From positions 1-39,779 of the forward strand of contig CAIVQM010000525.1 of NCBI GenBank assembly GCA_903908025.1: a DNA stretch of 39,779 nucleotides, read 5' to 3'. Origin of the DNA: an uncultured bacterium (GTDB taxonomy: Bacteria > Actinomycetota > Actinomycetes > S36-B12). Positions within the stretch are counted from its first letter, which is position 1; the number at the start of each line of letters is the position of its first letter. Below are positions 29,483-37,534 of the stretch, one piece after another. The notes beneath the pieces are model-generated. The model saw only the letters and a list, made by a program, of their open reading frames with translations. It had not been told where the DNA came from and searched no databases. Both the position numbers and the translations under genes were made by a program.

Positions 29483-30564
29483 CCGCGTCGTACGCAGCGG
29501 CAGGCGTCGATGTTGAGGCGGGTGAGCGGGCGGTTGCGCTGATGCGCGCATCGATCGCTTCGACCCAGCGGCCGGAGGTCGTCGGCGAGTTCGGGGGGTT
29601 CGCGGGACTGTTCGACATCTCGGCCTACATGCAGATGAGCCGGCCGCTGCTCGCTACGTCGACAGACGGCGTCGGCACCAAGATCGCTGTTGCCCGCGCA
29701 ATGGACGTGCACAACACCATTGGCATCGACCTCGTGGCGATGGTCATCGACGACCTGGTCGTGTGCGGCGCTGAGCCGCTCTTCATGACCGATTACATCG
29801 CCGTCGGCTCGGTTGTGCCCGAACGTATCGCCGCCATCGTGTCGGGAATCGCCGAGGGCTGCCGGCAGGCCGGCTGTGCCCTGGTCGGTGGGGAGACTGC
29901 GGAGCATCCGGGGCTGATGGCGCCCGACGAGTACGACGTGGCAGGCGCAGGCACCGGTGTCGTCGATGCCGACTTCCTGCTGGGTCCCGACCGCGTTCGG
30001 GTGGGCGACGTCGTCATCGCGATGGGTTCGTCCGGCCTGCACTCCAACGGCTACTCGTTGGCTCGACTCGTCCTGCTCGGCGACAGTGGTCCGGGTCTCT
30101 CGGCTCATGTTGACGAACTCGGGCGCACGGTGGGCGAGGAACTCCTCGTGCCCACGCGCATCTACGCGCGCGACTGCCTGGCTCTCGCTGCGAATGTCGA
30201 CGTGCACGCGATCAGTCACGTCACGGGTGGCGGACTCGCTGCCAACCTTGCACGCGTCCTACCGGCGACGGTCGCTGTCGACGTGGACCGCGGGACATGG
30301 GTGCCGCAGCCGGTATTCGGCGTGATCCGGGACCTCGGGAAGGTCGCCGTGGCTGACCTCGAGCGCACGTTCAACATGGGGATCGGGATGATCGCTGTCG
30401 TTGCGGCAGCGGATGCGGATGCCGCCATCGAGTTGCTTGAGGAGCGCGGTGTCCGGGCGTGGGCATGCGGTGCGGTACGGGAGCGTCGCGATGGTGAGCA
30501 CGGCGACGCAGAGGCCAAGGGCGGTCCTGGTGGTGCGGTCACCCTCGTGGGGCGGCATTCCTAG
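29479..30564 (+). CDS. purM: Phosphoribosylformylglycinamidine cyclo-ligase (AIR synthetase)
   Basis: YAAAGVDVEAG N-terminus, DGVGTK and full-length PurM similarity. ATGA overlap with purF. Confidence 0.95.
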   Translation: MTASYAAAGVDVEAGERAVALMRASIASTQRPEVVGEFGGFAGLFDISAYMQMSRPLLATSTDGVGTKIAVARAMDVHNTIGIDLVAMVIDDLVVCGAEPLFMTDYIAVGSVVPERIAAIVSGIAEGCRQAGCALVGGETAEHPGLMAPDEYDVAGAGTGVVDADFLLGPDRVRVGDVVIAMGSSGLHSNGYSLARLVLLGDSGPGLSAHVDELGRTVGEELLVPTRIYARDCLALAANVDVHAISHVTGGGLAANLARVLPATVAVDVDRGTWVPQPVFGVIRDLGKVAVADLERTFNMGIGMIAVVAAADADAAIELLEERGVRAWACGAVRERRDGEHGDAEAKGGPGGAVTLVGRHS

Positions 30565-30573
30565 GCCGACGGG

Positions 30574-30795
30574 CTAGCGGGACTCGGCGTCCTCGTCCTC
30601 GTCGTAGTACTTGGCGTAGGGGTCATTGGCATAGGGATCGTCGGCCACCTCAACCTCGTCGGCGAGCGGCTCGGCGATATGGCCCTCGCCACTGCCGATC
30701 TCAGCCTGGAGACGGTCGAAGTCGGTCTGCGGTCCGCCGTACTTCAACTGACGGGCGACCTTCGTCTGCTTCGCTTTAGCACGGCCGCGCCCCAT
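30574..30795 (-). CDS. DUF3073 domain-containing protein
   Basis: MGRGRAKAKQTKVARQLKY N-terminus and acidic C-terminus. It lies convergent to purM, a conserved actinobacterial position. Confidence 0.85.
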   Translation of the reverse strand: MGRGRAKAKQTKVARQLKYGGPQTDFDRLQAEIGSGEGHIAEPLADEVEVADDPYANDPYAKYYDEDEDAESR

Positions 30796-30944
30796 GGCTC
30801 GACCCCCTCATCCGGGGACGAAGGCCCCGACTCATCGTGGACATTTCACGCTCGCCGCCGAGCGGCGGTGGCGCAGTAACGAAACCCTAGAGTACCCGCT
30901 CGCCGGGCGATGCCGATGCAGCGGCCCGGACGTGCCCTGCGAAT

Positions 30945-32006
30945 CTAGTGGGTGACCCCGAAGGCGGCGATTCGGTCCTCGGCCTCGCGCTCGGCGGCGG
31001 CGACCGGCGTGATGCCCTCGCTGGCCGCCCGTTCGAGGACTCGGATCGTGGTCTCGAAGACGCGTTCGGTGCGCTTTCGGGCCCGGTCGAGGTCGCCGCC
31101 GACGAGTTCCTCCGCGACCTGAATGACCCCGCCGCAGTTGACCATGAAGTCGGGGGCGTAGACGATGCCGCGCTCAGCCAGCAGGTCGCCCACGGCCGGG
31201 TCGGCGAGCTGGTTGTTCGCCCCACCGCAGACCAGTCGAACCCCCAATTGCAGGGCCAGATCCGGGGTGATCAGCCCGCCCATGGAATTGGGGGAGAGCA
31301 CTTCGGGATCCTCGGCGAGGAGCGCATCGAGGGAGTCGACGAAGCGCACCTGAGGGTGGGCCTCAAGAACGGCGGCCCGGGCCGAATCGGCCGGATCGAC
31401 GGCCGTGACGGTCGCACCGGCTTCGACGAGGTGACCAATCAGCCGGCCGCCCACCTTGCCGGCCCCCACGACGGCGACTCGCCGCCCATCGAGATCGTCC
31501 GTGCCGAATACCACCTGGGCGCTGGCGCGCAGGCCCAGGAACACCCCCAGGGCGGTGAGGATGCCGGAATCGCCCACCCCGCCCTTCTCGGGCGAGCGTC
31601 CGGTGGTCCACGGGCAGACCTCGCCGATCACGTCCATGTCGGTTACCGACATGCCGACGTCGCCGGCGGTGACGTAGGCACCATCGAGGGAGGTGACCAG
31701 GCGGCCATAGGCGTGCAGGACGGCCGGGTCCTTTGCGGCCGGGCCCGAGAGGATCACGCCCTTGCCGCCGCCGTGGTCGAGCCCGGCGAGGGCGTTCTTG
31801 TAGGTCATGGCCCGCGACAGGCGCAGGGCGTCGGCGTAGGCGGCGGCGCCGGGGTCGAGTGCGTCGGCGTAGGCGGCCATCCGGGTGCCACCGAGGGCGG
31901 GGCCGAGAACGGTCGAGTGCAGGGCGATCACCATCCGGACCCCACTGACGGGGTCCTGGGCCACAATCACGCGCTCGTGCCCCGCAAATGCGCCCCATGG
32001 GTTCAT
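30945..32006 (-). CDS. Glu/Leu/Phe/Val dehydrogenase family enzyme (valine/leucine dehydrogenase-like)
   Basis: GGGKG catalytic-Lys motif and Rossmann GAGKVGG. ATG 32006 gives 353 aa. Confidence 0.85.
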   Translation of the reverse strand: MNPWGAFAGHERVIVAQDPVSGVRMVIALHSTVLGPALGGTRMAAYADALDPGAAAYADALRLSRAMTYKNALAGLDHGGGKGVILSGPAAKDPAVLHAYGRLVTSLDGAYVTAGDVGMSVTDMDVIGEVCPWTTGRSPEKGGVGDSGILTALGVFLGLRASAQVVFGTDDLDGRRVAVVGAGKVGGRLIGHLVEAGATVTAVDPADSARAAVLEAHPQVRFVDSLDALLAEDPEVLSPNSMGGLITPDLALQLGVRLVCGGANNQLADPAVGDLLAERGIVYAPDFMVNCGGVIQVAEELVGGDLDRARKRTERVFETTIRVLERAASEGITPVAAAEREAEDRIAAFGVTH

Positions 32007-32158
32007 GCCGGTCACCCTAGGGCGGGTGGCATAAGAATGGGATAAAGAGTGGCTATTGCGGTCATTTGCGCTTGCTGCCGGTCCGTACCGGTGCAAGAGT
32101 TTCAAATATGTCCAAATCGGACGTTACGCGGGCGCAGGCCCACGGCTGGGAGGGACAC

Positions 32159-32377
32159 ATGAGCGCGACTATTGAGACTGAGCACCTGCTCACCCCCGCA
32201 GAGGTGGCGGCCCTGTTCCGGGTCGACCCCAAGACTGTCACTCGGTGGGCCAAGGCTGGCAAGCTGACGAGCATCCGCACGCTGGGTGGTCATCGTCGCT
32301 ACCGCTCGTCCGAGGTGCACGCTCTGCTCGACGCGCACGCCCCGGTTCGCCGCTTCGACGCCTCGGCGACCGTCTGA
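32159..32377 (+). CDS. bldC: BldC-like small MerR/excisionase-family DNA-binding protein
   Basis: LLTPAEVAALFRVDPKTVTRWAKAGKLTSIRTLGGHRRYRSSEV is nearly identical in pattern to Streptomyces BldC as I recall it. GGGAGGGA Shine-Dalgarno before ATG 32159; a longer alternative starts at ATG 32108. Confidence 0.85.
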   Translation: MSATIETEHLLTPAEVAALFRVDPKTVTRWAKAGKLTSIRTLGGHRRYRSSEVHALLDAHAPVRRFDASATV

Positions 32378-32391
32378 CGGTCTCCGTTTCG

Positions 32392-32415
32392 GTCGGCGGC
32401 CCCCGGGTCGCCGAC
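32392..32415 (+). terminator. GC-rich hairpin downstream of the bldC-like gene (gtcggcg-N10-cgccgac)
   Basis: 7-bp stem, extendable, read directly. There is no clear U-tract. Confidence 0.3.
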
Positions 32416-32461
32416 TACGGTGGGCGCATGCCCACCACCCCGCGTCGCCCTGGGATCCGCG

Positions 32462-33208
32462 GTGAGTGATCCCGTCTACCGCCCCATCGTCATGACCGCG
32501 CGCACTTTCTTCGCTGGTCTGGGCCTTCGGATCGACGTCGCCGGTGAGCAGAACATCCCGCGCACCGGGGGTGCCGTGCTGGCGATCAACCACACCAGCT
32601 ACCTCGACTTCGCCCTCGGTGGCATCCCGGCCGACAGGGTCGGGCATCGGCTCGTGCGGTTCATGGCCAAGGACGGGATCTTCAAGCACCCCGTGGCCGG
32701 GCCGCTCATGCGGGGGATGAAGCACATCCCCGTCGATCGCGATGCCGGTTCCGCGGCCTTCCGCGATGCCGTTGCCGCCCTCAAGTCAGGTGAACTGGTC
32801 GGGGTCTTCCCTGAGGCGACGATGAGCCGGTCGCTGGAGATCAAGGAGATCAAGAACGGTGCCGTGCGGATGGCACGAACGGCCAATGTGCCGCTCATCC
32901 CGATGATCATCTTCGGTGGCCACCGCCTCTTCTCATACAACGTCAAGGACTTCTCGCGCGGCAAGCCGATCGTCATGACCGTCGGCGAACCTATTCCCGT
33001 GCCGCGCGGCGCCGATGCGGATGTCGTCACCGAGGAACTCCATGCGCGCCTCGAGCAGTTGCTCGACGAGTCCATTGCTCGCTACCCCGACAAGCCCCCG
33101 GGTGCCTGGTGGATTCCCGCGCGACTGGGTGGCAGTGCCCCGACGCCGGAAGAGGCGATCGCGATCGAGGAGCGGGTGCGTCAGGAGAAGGCCAACCGGT
33201 CCGACTAG
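32462..33208 (+). CDS. 1-acyl-sn-glycerol-3-phosphate acyltransferase family (PlsC-like)
   Basis: NHTSYLD (HX4D) and FPEATMSR motifs. GTG 32462 is preferred; the alternative is GTG 32420. Confidence 0.8.
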   Translation: MSDPVYRPIVMTARTFFAGLGLRIDVAGEQNIPRTGGAVLAINHTSYLDFALGGIPADRVGHRLVRFMAKDGIFKHPVAGPLMRGMKHIPVDRDAGSAAFRDAVAALKSGELVGVFPEATMSRSLEIKEIKNGAVRMARTANVPLIPMIIFGGHRLFSYNVKDFSRGKPIVMTVGEPIPVPRGADADVVTEELHARLEQLLDESIARYPDKPPGAWWIPARLGGSAPTPEEAIAIEERVRQEKANRSD

Positions 33209-34893
33209 GGCTGGGGATGCTCGTCGAGCCACGCGGTGTAGGCGGCGACTGCCGTGGGTAGCGTCGGGAAGATCCGTTCGGCGCCGATGCGGTCGCCGAC
33301 CCCGTGGATCATCAGGTCCTCGATGACCTCGTGCTTGACGCGCACGAGCGCCAGCACCACGCCAGTGTTCTCGCACTGGGCACGCACCTCCTCAAGTGCG
33401 TCGACTCCGGTGATGTCGACCTCGGTATTGCCCTCCATGTTGAGCAGGAACCAGCGGGCCGGCGGCTCCGCGGCGTGCAGTGCGGCGAGGCACTTCCGGG
33501 TGAAGTTCTCGGCGTTGGCGAAGAAGAGCGGCGAGTCATAGCGGAAGACCACAAGGCCGGGGATCTGCTTCGCGTGGGCGTAGTCATCGACGTCGTGCCA
33601 GCCAGCGACATCGGGCGTCTGGCCGAGCACGGCATTATGCGGCCGTGCGACGCGCGTGAGCAGCTCGATGATGGAGATGGCCACGGCTGCGAGGACGCCG
33701 TAGAGGATGTCGAACAGCAGTACGCCGAGAGTTGCGGTGATGGCGAGCAGGAACTCACGTCGGCGGAATGACCACAGCCGCCGGAACTCCACGATGTCGA
33801 CAAGGCGGATGGCGGCGTAAATCACCAGACCGCCGAGCGCAGCGGCTGGAAAGGCCGAAATGACACGGCCGAAGGCGAGCACGGAGACGATCACGAGGAC
33901 GGCTGCGGTGAGTGAGTACAACTGTGTTCGTGCGCCGCTCGCCTGTGCGATCACGGTGCGGCTGGCACTGGAGCTGACCGGGAAGCCACCGACGAGTGAT
34001 GAACCCACGTTGGCCGCACCCATGGCGAGGAACTCCTGGGTGTTGTGCACGCGAGCGCCTGTTCGGCCGACGAACGCTCGGGCGGTCAGGAGATTGTCGG
34101 TGTAGCCGACGATGAAGATCCCGAGGGCCGGCAGCAGCATCAGGCTGACGTCGCCAGACTCGAACGACGGGACGCCGACGTGCAGTCCTGAGAACGACAC
34201 CGCTCCGACCGTCTTGACGCCGTACGCCGTCAGGTCGAATGCGGAGACGAAGACGGTTGCCAGCAGCATCACGATCAACGGAACCGGGATGCGCGGGAAG
34301 CGCGGCGTGAAGACGAGCAGCAGGGCGGCGACGGACAGGCCGATGGCGACGGTTGGCCAGGACGGCCCGCTGGCCACCACATTGCCGGTGAACGACTGGA
34401 TGTCCTCGAGGAACGAGTTCCCTGCGACGTCGACACCGGTCACCTTGCCGAGCTGGCTCGTGATCATGATGACGGCGACCCCCGCCATGTAGCCGATGAG
34501 CACCGGTCGGGACAGCAGGTCGCCGATGAACCCGAAGCGCAGCAGCCCCGAGGCGATCGCGTAGATGCCGACCAGGAGTGCGAGCAGGGTCGCGAGGGCC
34601 GCGTAGCGGGTTGCGTCACCGGTGACCATGGGCGCCAAGACCGCTGCTGTCATGAGTGCGGTCGTCGACTCCGGCCCCGTCGAGAGCAGGCGGGAGGACC
34701 CCAGCAGTGCGTAGATCGTCATGGCGACGACGACCACGACCAGCCCCGTCGCAGGTGGCAACCCGGCCAAGGTCGAGTACGCCATCACCTGCGGAATCAA
34801 GTAGGCCGTGACCGTGAGTCCACCCATGAGGTCGCCACGGAGGTTCCGGCGGTCGTAGTGCCGGAGGTAGTGGATGCCGGTGTGGCCGCTCAT
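33205..34893 (-). CDS. SulP family inorganic anion transporter with C-terminal STAS domain
   Basis: 562 aa. The N-terminal region (DLMGGLTVTAYLIPQVMAYSTLAGLPP), many TM segments and a soluble STAS-like C-terminus. Confidence 0.9.
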   Translation of the reverse strand: MSGHTGIHYLRHYDRRNLRGDLMGGLTVTAYLIPQVMAYSTLAGLPPATGLVVVVVAMTIYALLGSSRLLSTGPESTTALMTAAVLAPMVTGDATRYAALATLLALLVGIYAIASGLLRFGFIGDLLSRPVLIGYMAGVAVIMITSQLGKVTGVDVAGNSFLEDIQSFTGNVVASGPSWPTVAIGLSVAALLLVFTPRFPRIPVPLIVMLLATVFVSAFDLTAYGVKTVGAVSFSGLHVGVPSFESGDVSLMLLPALGIFIVGYTDNLLTARAFVGRTGARVHNTQEFLAMGAANVGSSLVGGFPVSSSASRTVIAQASGARTQLYSLTAAVLVIVSVLAFGRVISAFPAAALGGLVIYAAIRLVDIVEFRRLWSFRRREFLLAITATLGVLLFDILYGVLAAVAISIIELLTRVARPHNAVLGQTPDVAGWHDVDDYAHAKQIPGLVVFRYDSPLFFANAENFTRKCLAALHAAEPPARWFLLNMEGNTEVDITGVDALEEVRAQCENTGVVLALVRVKHEVIEDLMIHGVGDRIGAERIFPTLPTAVAAYTAWLDEHPQP

Positions 34894-34935
34894 GGACCCA
34901 CGGTAAGGGCCTTGCCCTACCTTTGACGGGTGATC

Positions 34936-35469
34936 ATGCAGCCAGAGCCGGACAGTAAGGACTGGACATGGGTCCTGCGCGAGCAGTGCCCGGAGTGCGG
35001 CTTCGACACCGGAGCACCTGACCGTTCGGAGCTCTCCGCCCTGACGTCAGACGTCGGGGACAAGTGGGTGGCGGCCGTGCGCGACCGCGATGGCATCGCT
35101 GTGCGGCCGGCTCCCGCCGTGTGGTCGCCGCTGGAGTACGCCTGCCATGTGCGTGATGTGTTCGACCTCGCGACCTACCGCGTGCAGCTCATGCTCGATG
35201 AACAGTCACCGAGATTCGCCAACTGGGATCAGGATGCGACCGCGGTTGAGGACGACTACGCATCGCAGGACCCGGGGGCAGTGGTCGACGACCTCTCAAT
35301 GGCAGCGGATCGCTTCGCGCAGGCGGTTGCGGCTATCCCGGATGATGCGTGGGACCGGATGGGTCTTCGCGGCGACGGTGCGAGCTTCACGATCGAGTCG
35401 TTCATTCGCTACCTGCTGCATGACCCCATCCATCACCTGACCGACGTTACGGGCGATCGCTGGGTGTGA
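34936..35469 (+). CDS. DinB family protein with N-terminal CxxC
   Basis: CPECGF followed by conserved His positions (YACHVRD ... LLHDPIHH) of the DinB fold. The alternative start is GTG 34930. Confidence 0.65.
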   Translation: MQPEPDSKDWTWVLREQCPECGFDTGAPDRSELSALTSDVGDKWVAAVRDRDGIAVRPAPAVWSPLEYACHVRDVFDLATYRVQLMLDEQSPRFANWDQDATAVEDDYASQDPGAVVDDLSMAADRFAQAVAAIPDDAWDRMGLRGDGASFTIESFIRYLLHDPIHHLTDVTGDRWV

Positions 35470-36340
35470 CCCCGGCGATCAATTCGGCGGCGTAGTCGGG
35501 GACGTAGTGGCTCTGCTCACGCGGCGGCCGCTCGTAGCCCGTTGGGCTGGGTCGGTGCGGTAGGTCGAGTGGGGGCCGCGTGGCTGCGAAATAGGGGATC
35601 GTGGAGAGCAGGTGGTGGATCATGTTGAGTCGTGCACGTCGTTTGTCGTCGGCCTCGACGACGTACCAAGGCGACTCGGGGATGTCGGTGTGCACGAGCA
35701 TCTCGTCCTTGGCGCGCGAGTAGTCCTCCCAGCGGGTGATGGACTCCAGGTCCATCGGCGAGAGCTTCCACTGGCGCATGGGGTCACGGAGCCGGGACTT
35801 GAATCGGTCCTCCTGCTCGGCATCGCTGACGCTGAACCAGTACTTGCGCAGGATGATGCCGTCCTCGACCAGGAGTCGCTCGAAGATCGGGGTCTGATGC
35901 AGGAAGCGCCGGTACTCGTCCGGAGTGCAGAAGCCCATGACCCGCTCGACACCCGCCCGGTTGTACCAGGACCGATCGAACAGCCGGATCTCCCCGGCAG
36001 CGGGCAACTGCTCGACGTAGCGCTGGAAGTACCACTGCGTCTTCTCGCGGTCGCTGGGCGTCGGAAGCGCGACGATGCTCGCGACGCGCGGGTTGAGGTA
36101 CTGCGTCACGCGCTTGATGGCGGAGCCCTTGCCGGCAGCGTCGCGGCCCTCGAAGACAACCACGACGCGCGCCCCCTCGAGTCGGACCCATTCCTGCAGC
36201 CTGACCAACTCGGCTTGCAGGCGGTAGAGCTCCTTCTCGTAGAGCGACTTCGGCACTCGGTCGACGTTGTCGTCTGTCGAGCGACGCTTCGGGGATGAGT
36301 CCTGCTTCTTGGCCACGAGGAGAGTCTTGCACCCACGCAT
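35447..36340 (-). CDS. ppk2: Polyphosphate kinase 2 (PPK2) family
   Basis: VVVFEGRDAAGKGSAIKRV Walker A, FDRSWYNR and the overall PPK2 pattern. Confidence 0.9.
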   Translation of the reverse strand: MRGCKTLLVAKKQDSSPKRRSTDDNVDRVPKSLYEKELYRLQAELVRLQEWVRLEGARVVVVFEGRDAAGKGSAIKRVTQYLNPRVASIVALPTPSDREKTQWYFQRYVEQLPAAGEIRLFDRSWYNRAGVERVMGFCTPDEYRRFLHQTPIFERLLVEDGIILRKYWFSVSDAEQEDRFKSRLRDPMRQWKLSPMDLESITRWEDYSRAKDEMLVHTDIPESPWYVVEADDKRRARLNMIHHLLSTIPYFAATRPPLDLPHRPSPTGYERPPREQSHYVPDYAAELIAGVTPSDRP

Positions 36341-36391
36341 CGGTGATCAGCACCGGTCGGCAATTGTCAGACCCGCCGGTACGGTCGGGGT

Positions 36392-36949
36392 ATGCGATCT
36401 GCCCGGACGCTCGCCGCGTTCCTCGTTGTGCTGTCCGTGGGTTCCGGGGTCGCCGGCTGCGGTGGCAGTGCCCTGAGCGCCGTCCTCGCGCCCCCCTCGG
36501 ACTCGGGTCTGCGGCCGAAGGGCCAGACCGTGTCGGGCACGGTCGAGCGGGTCGTCGACGGTGACACCGTCCATGTCCGCGTCGAGGGCCAGGACGTCAC
36601 CGTGCGGATGATCGGCATGAACACGCCGGAGACCGTCAAGCCGGACGCGCCGATCGAGTGCTTCGGGCCGGAGTCCTCGGAGTTCGCCAAGGCGAGCCTC
36701 ACGGGTCAGCCGGTCACCCTCGAGTTCGACGACTCGCAGGGGATGACCGACAAGTACGGCCGGACCCTTGCCTATCTCTGGCAGGACCTCCCGGCTGGCG
36801 GCCGGCGCCTGTTCAACCTCGATGCGGTGTCGGGCGGCTACGCCTATGAGCGGCAATACGGCGCGACCCCGTATGCCTGGAAGGGCGAGTTCGCCGCCGC
36901 GCAGCGGGCGGCCCAGGAGCAGGACATGGGCCTGTGGGGGGCGTGCTGA
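36392..36949 (+). CDS. Secreted thermonuclease (staphylococcal nuclease, SNase-like) lipoprotein
   Basis: Lipobox VAGC. VVDGDTV, RMIGMNTPET, DKYGRTLAYLW and GLWG match the SNase core. Confidence 0.85.
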   Translation: MRSARTLAAFLVVLSVGSGVAGCGGSALSAVLAPPSDSGLRPKGQTVSGTVERVVDGDTVHVRVEGQDVTVRMIGMNTPETVKPDAPIECFGPESSEFAKASLTGQPVTLEFDDSQGMTDKYGRTLAYLWQDLPAGGRRLFNLDAVSGGYAYERQYGATPYAWKGEFAAAQRAAQEQDMGLWGAC

Positions 36950-37051
36950 GGTTCCGGTGTCCTGACACTCCCCGTACACGGCGCGGATGACCACCTGACC
37001 TTCGTCCGGCAGCGTTGGTCCCACCGAGACGCGGTACCGAAGGAGACGACG

Positions 37052-37477
37052 ATGACGGAGAACACCGAGCCGAGCCAGACCCCCGATGCCACCCAGACGG
37101 AGGCCCTGCAGCTCGCCGACCAGCAGCCCATTTCCGTTCCGCCGGCCCCCGCACCCCAGCACTCGGGTGGGCGTCACACGCGCACGATCCTCGAGGTGGT
37201 CGGCGGTGTCGTTGCCGTCGGGCTGATCCTCGTGGCCGGCGTTCTCGGCTTCGTCGTCGGTCATGTGACCGGGTCCGATGGCGACCGCGGGCGCACGATG
37301 AGCATCGACCTTCGCGGTGGCCATTCCGGTCCCGAGGCGTTCGGCCCCCTGGGCGGCGGCCAGCAGGGCGACGGGCAGGGTCGCGACATGATGCCGGGCC
37401 GGGGCGAGGGCATGATGCCGGGCCAGGGCGAGGGCATGATGCCGGGCCAGGCACTGCCGACCACCCCCCAGCAGTAG
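37052..37477 (+). CDS. Single-pass membrane protein with a Gly/Met-rich repeat C-terminus (hypothetical)
   Basis: Strong AAGGAG Shine-Dalgarno 6 nt upstream. One TM helix (ILEVVGGVVAVGLILVAGVLGFVVG) and C-terminal MMPGRGEG-MMPGQGEG-MMPGQ repeats. Confidence 0.6.
   Translation: MTENTEPSQTPDATQTEALQLADQQPISVPPAPAPQHSGGRHTRTILEVVGGVVAVGLILVAGVLGFVVGHVTGSDGDRGRTMSIDLRGGHSGPEAFGPLGGGQQGDGQGRDMMPGRGEGMMPGQGEGMMPGQALPTTPQQ
37388..37452 (+). repeat. In-frame 24-nt tandem repeat, about 2.7 copies
   Basis: Units ATGATGCCGGGCC(G/A)GGGCGAGGGC at 37388, 37412 and 37436 (partial), read directly. Confidence 0.9.
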
Positions 37478-37534
37478 CGGGTCAAATCTTGGTAAAACGT
37501 CCGATTGCGACGGGTCTTCCCCGGTTGCGGCTGA

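Noticed and set aside
36392-37477. Nuclease plus small membrane protein as a defence or toxin-immunity pair
   Set aside because: The nuclease is a standard secreted SNase lipoprotein. The genes are 102 nt apart and the second has its own strong Shine-Dalgarno, so there is no evidence of coupling. No other defence-associated domains are nearby.
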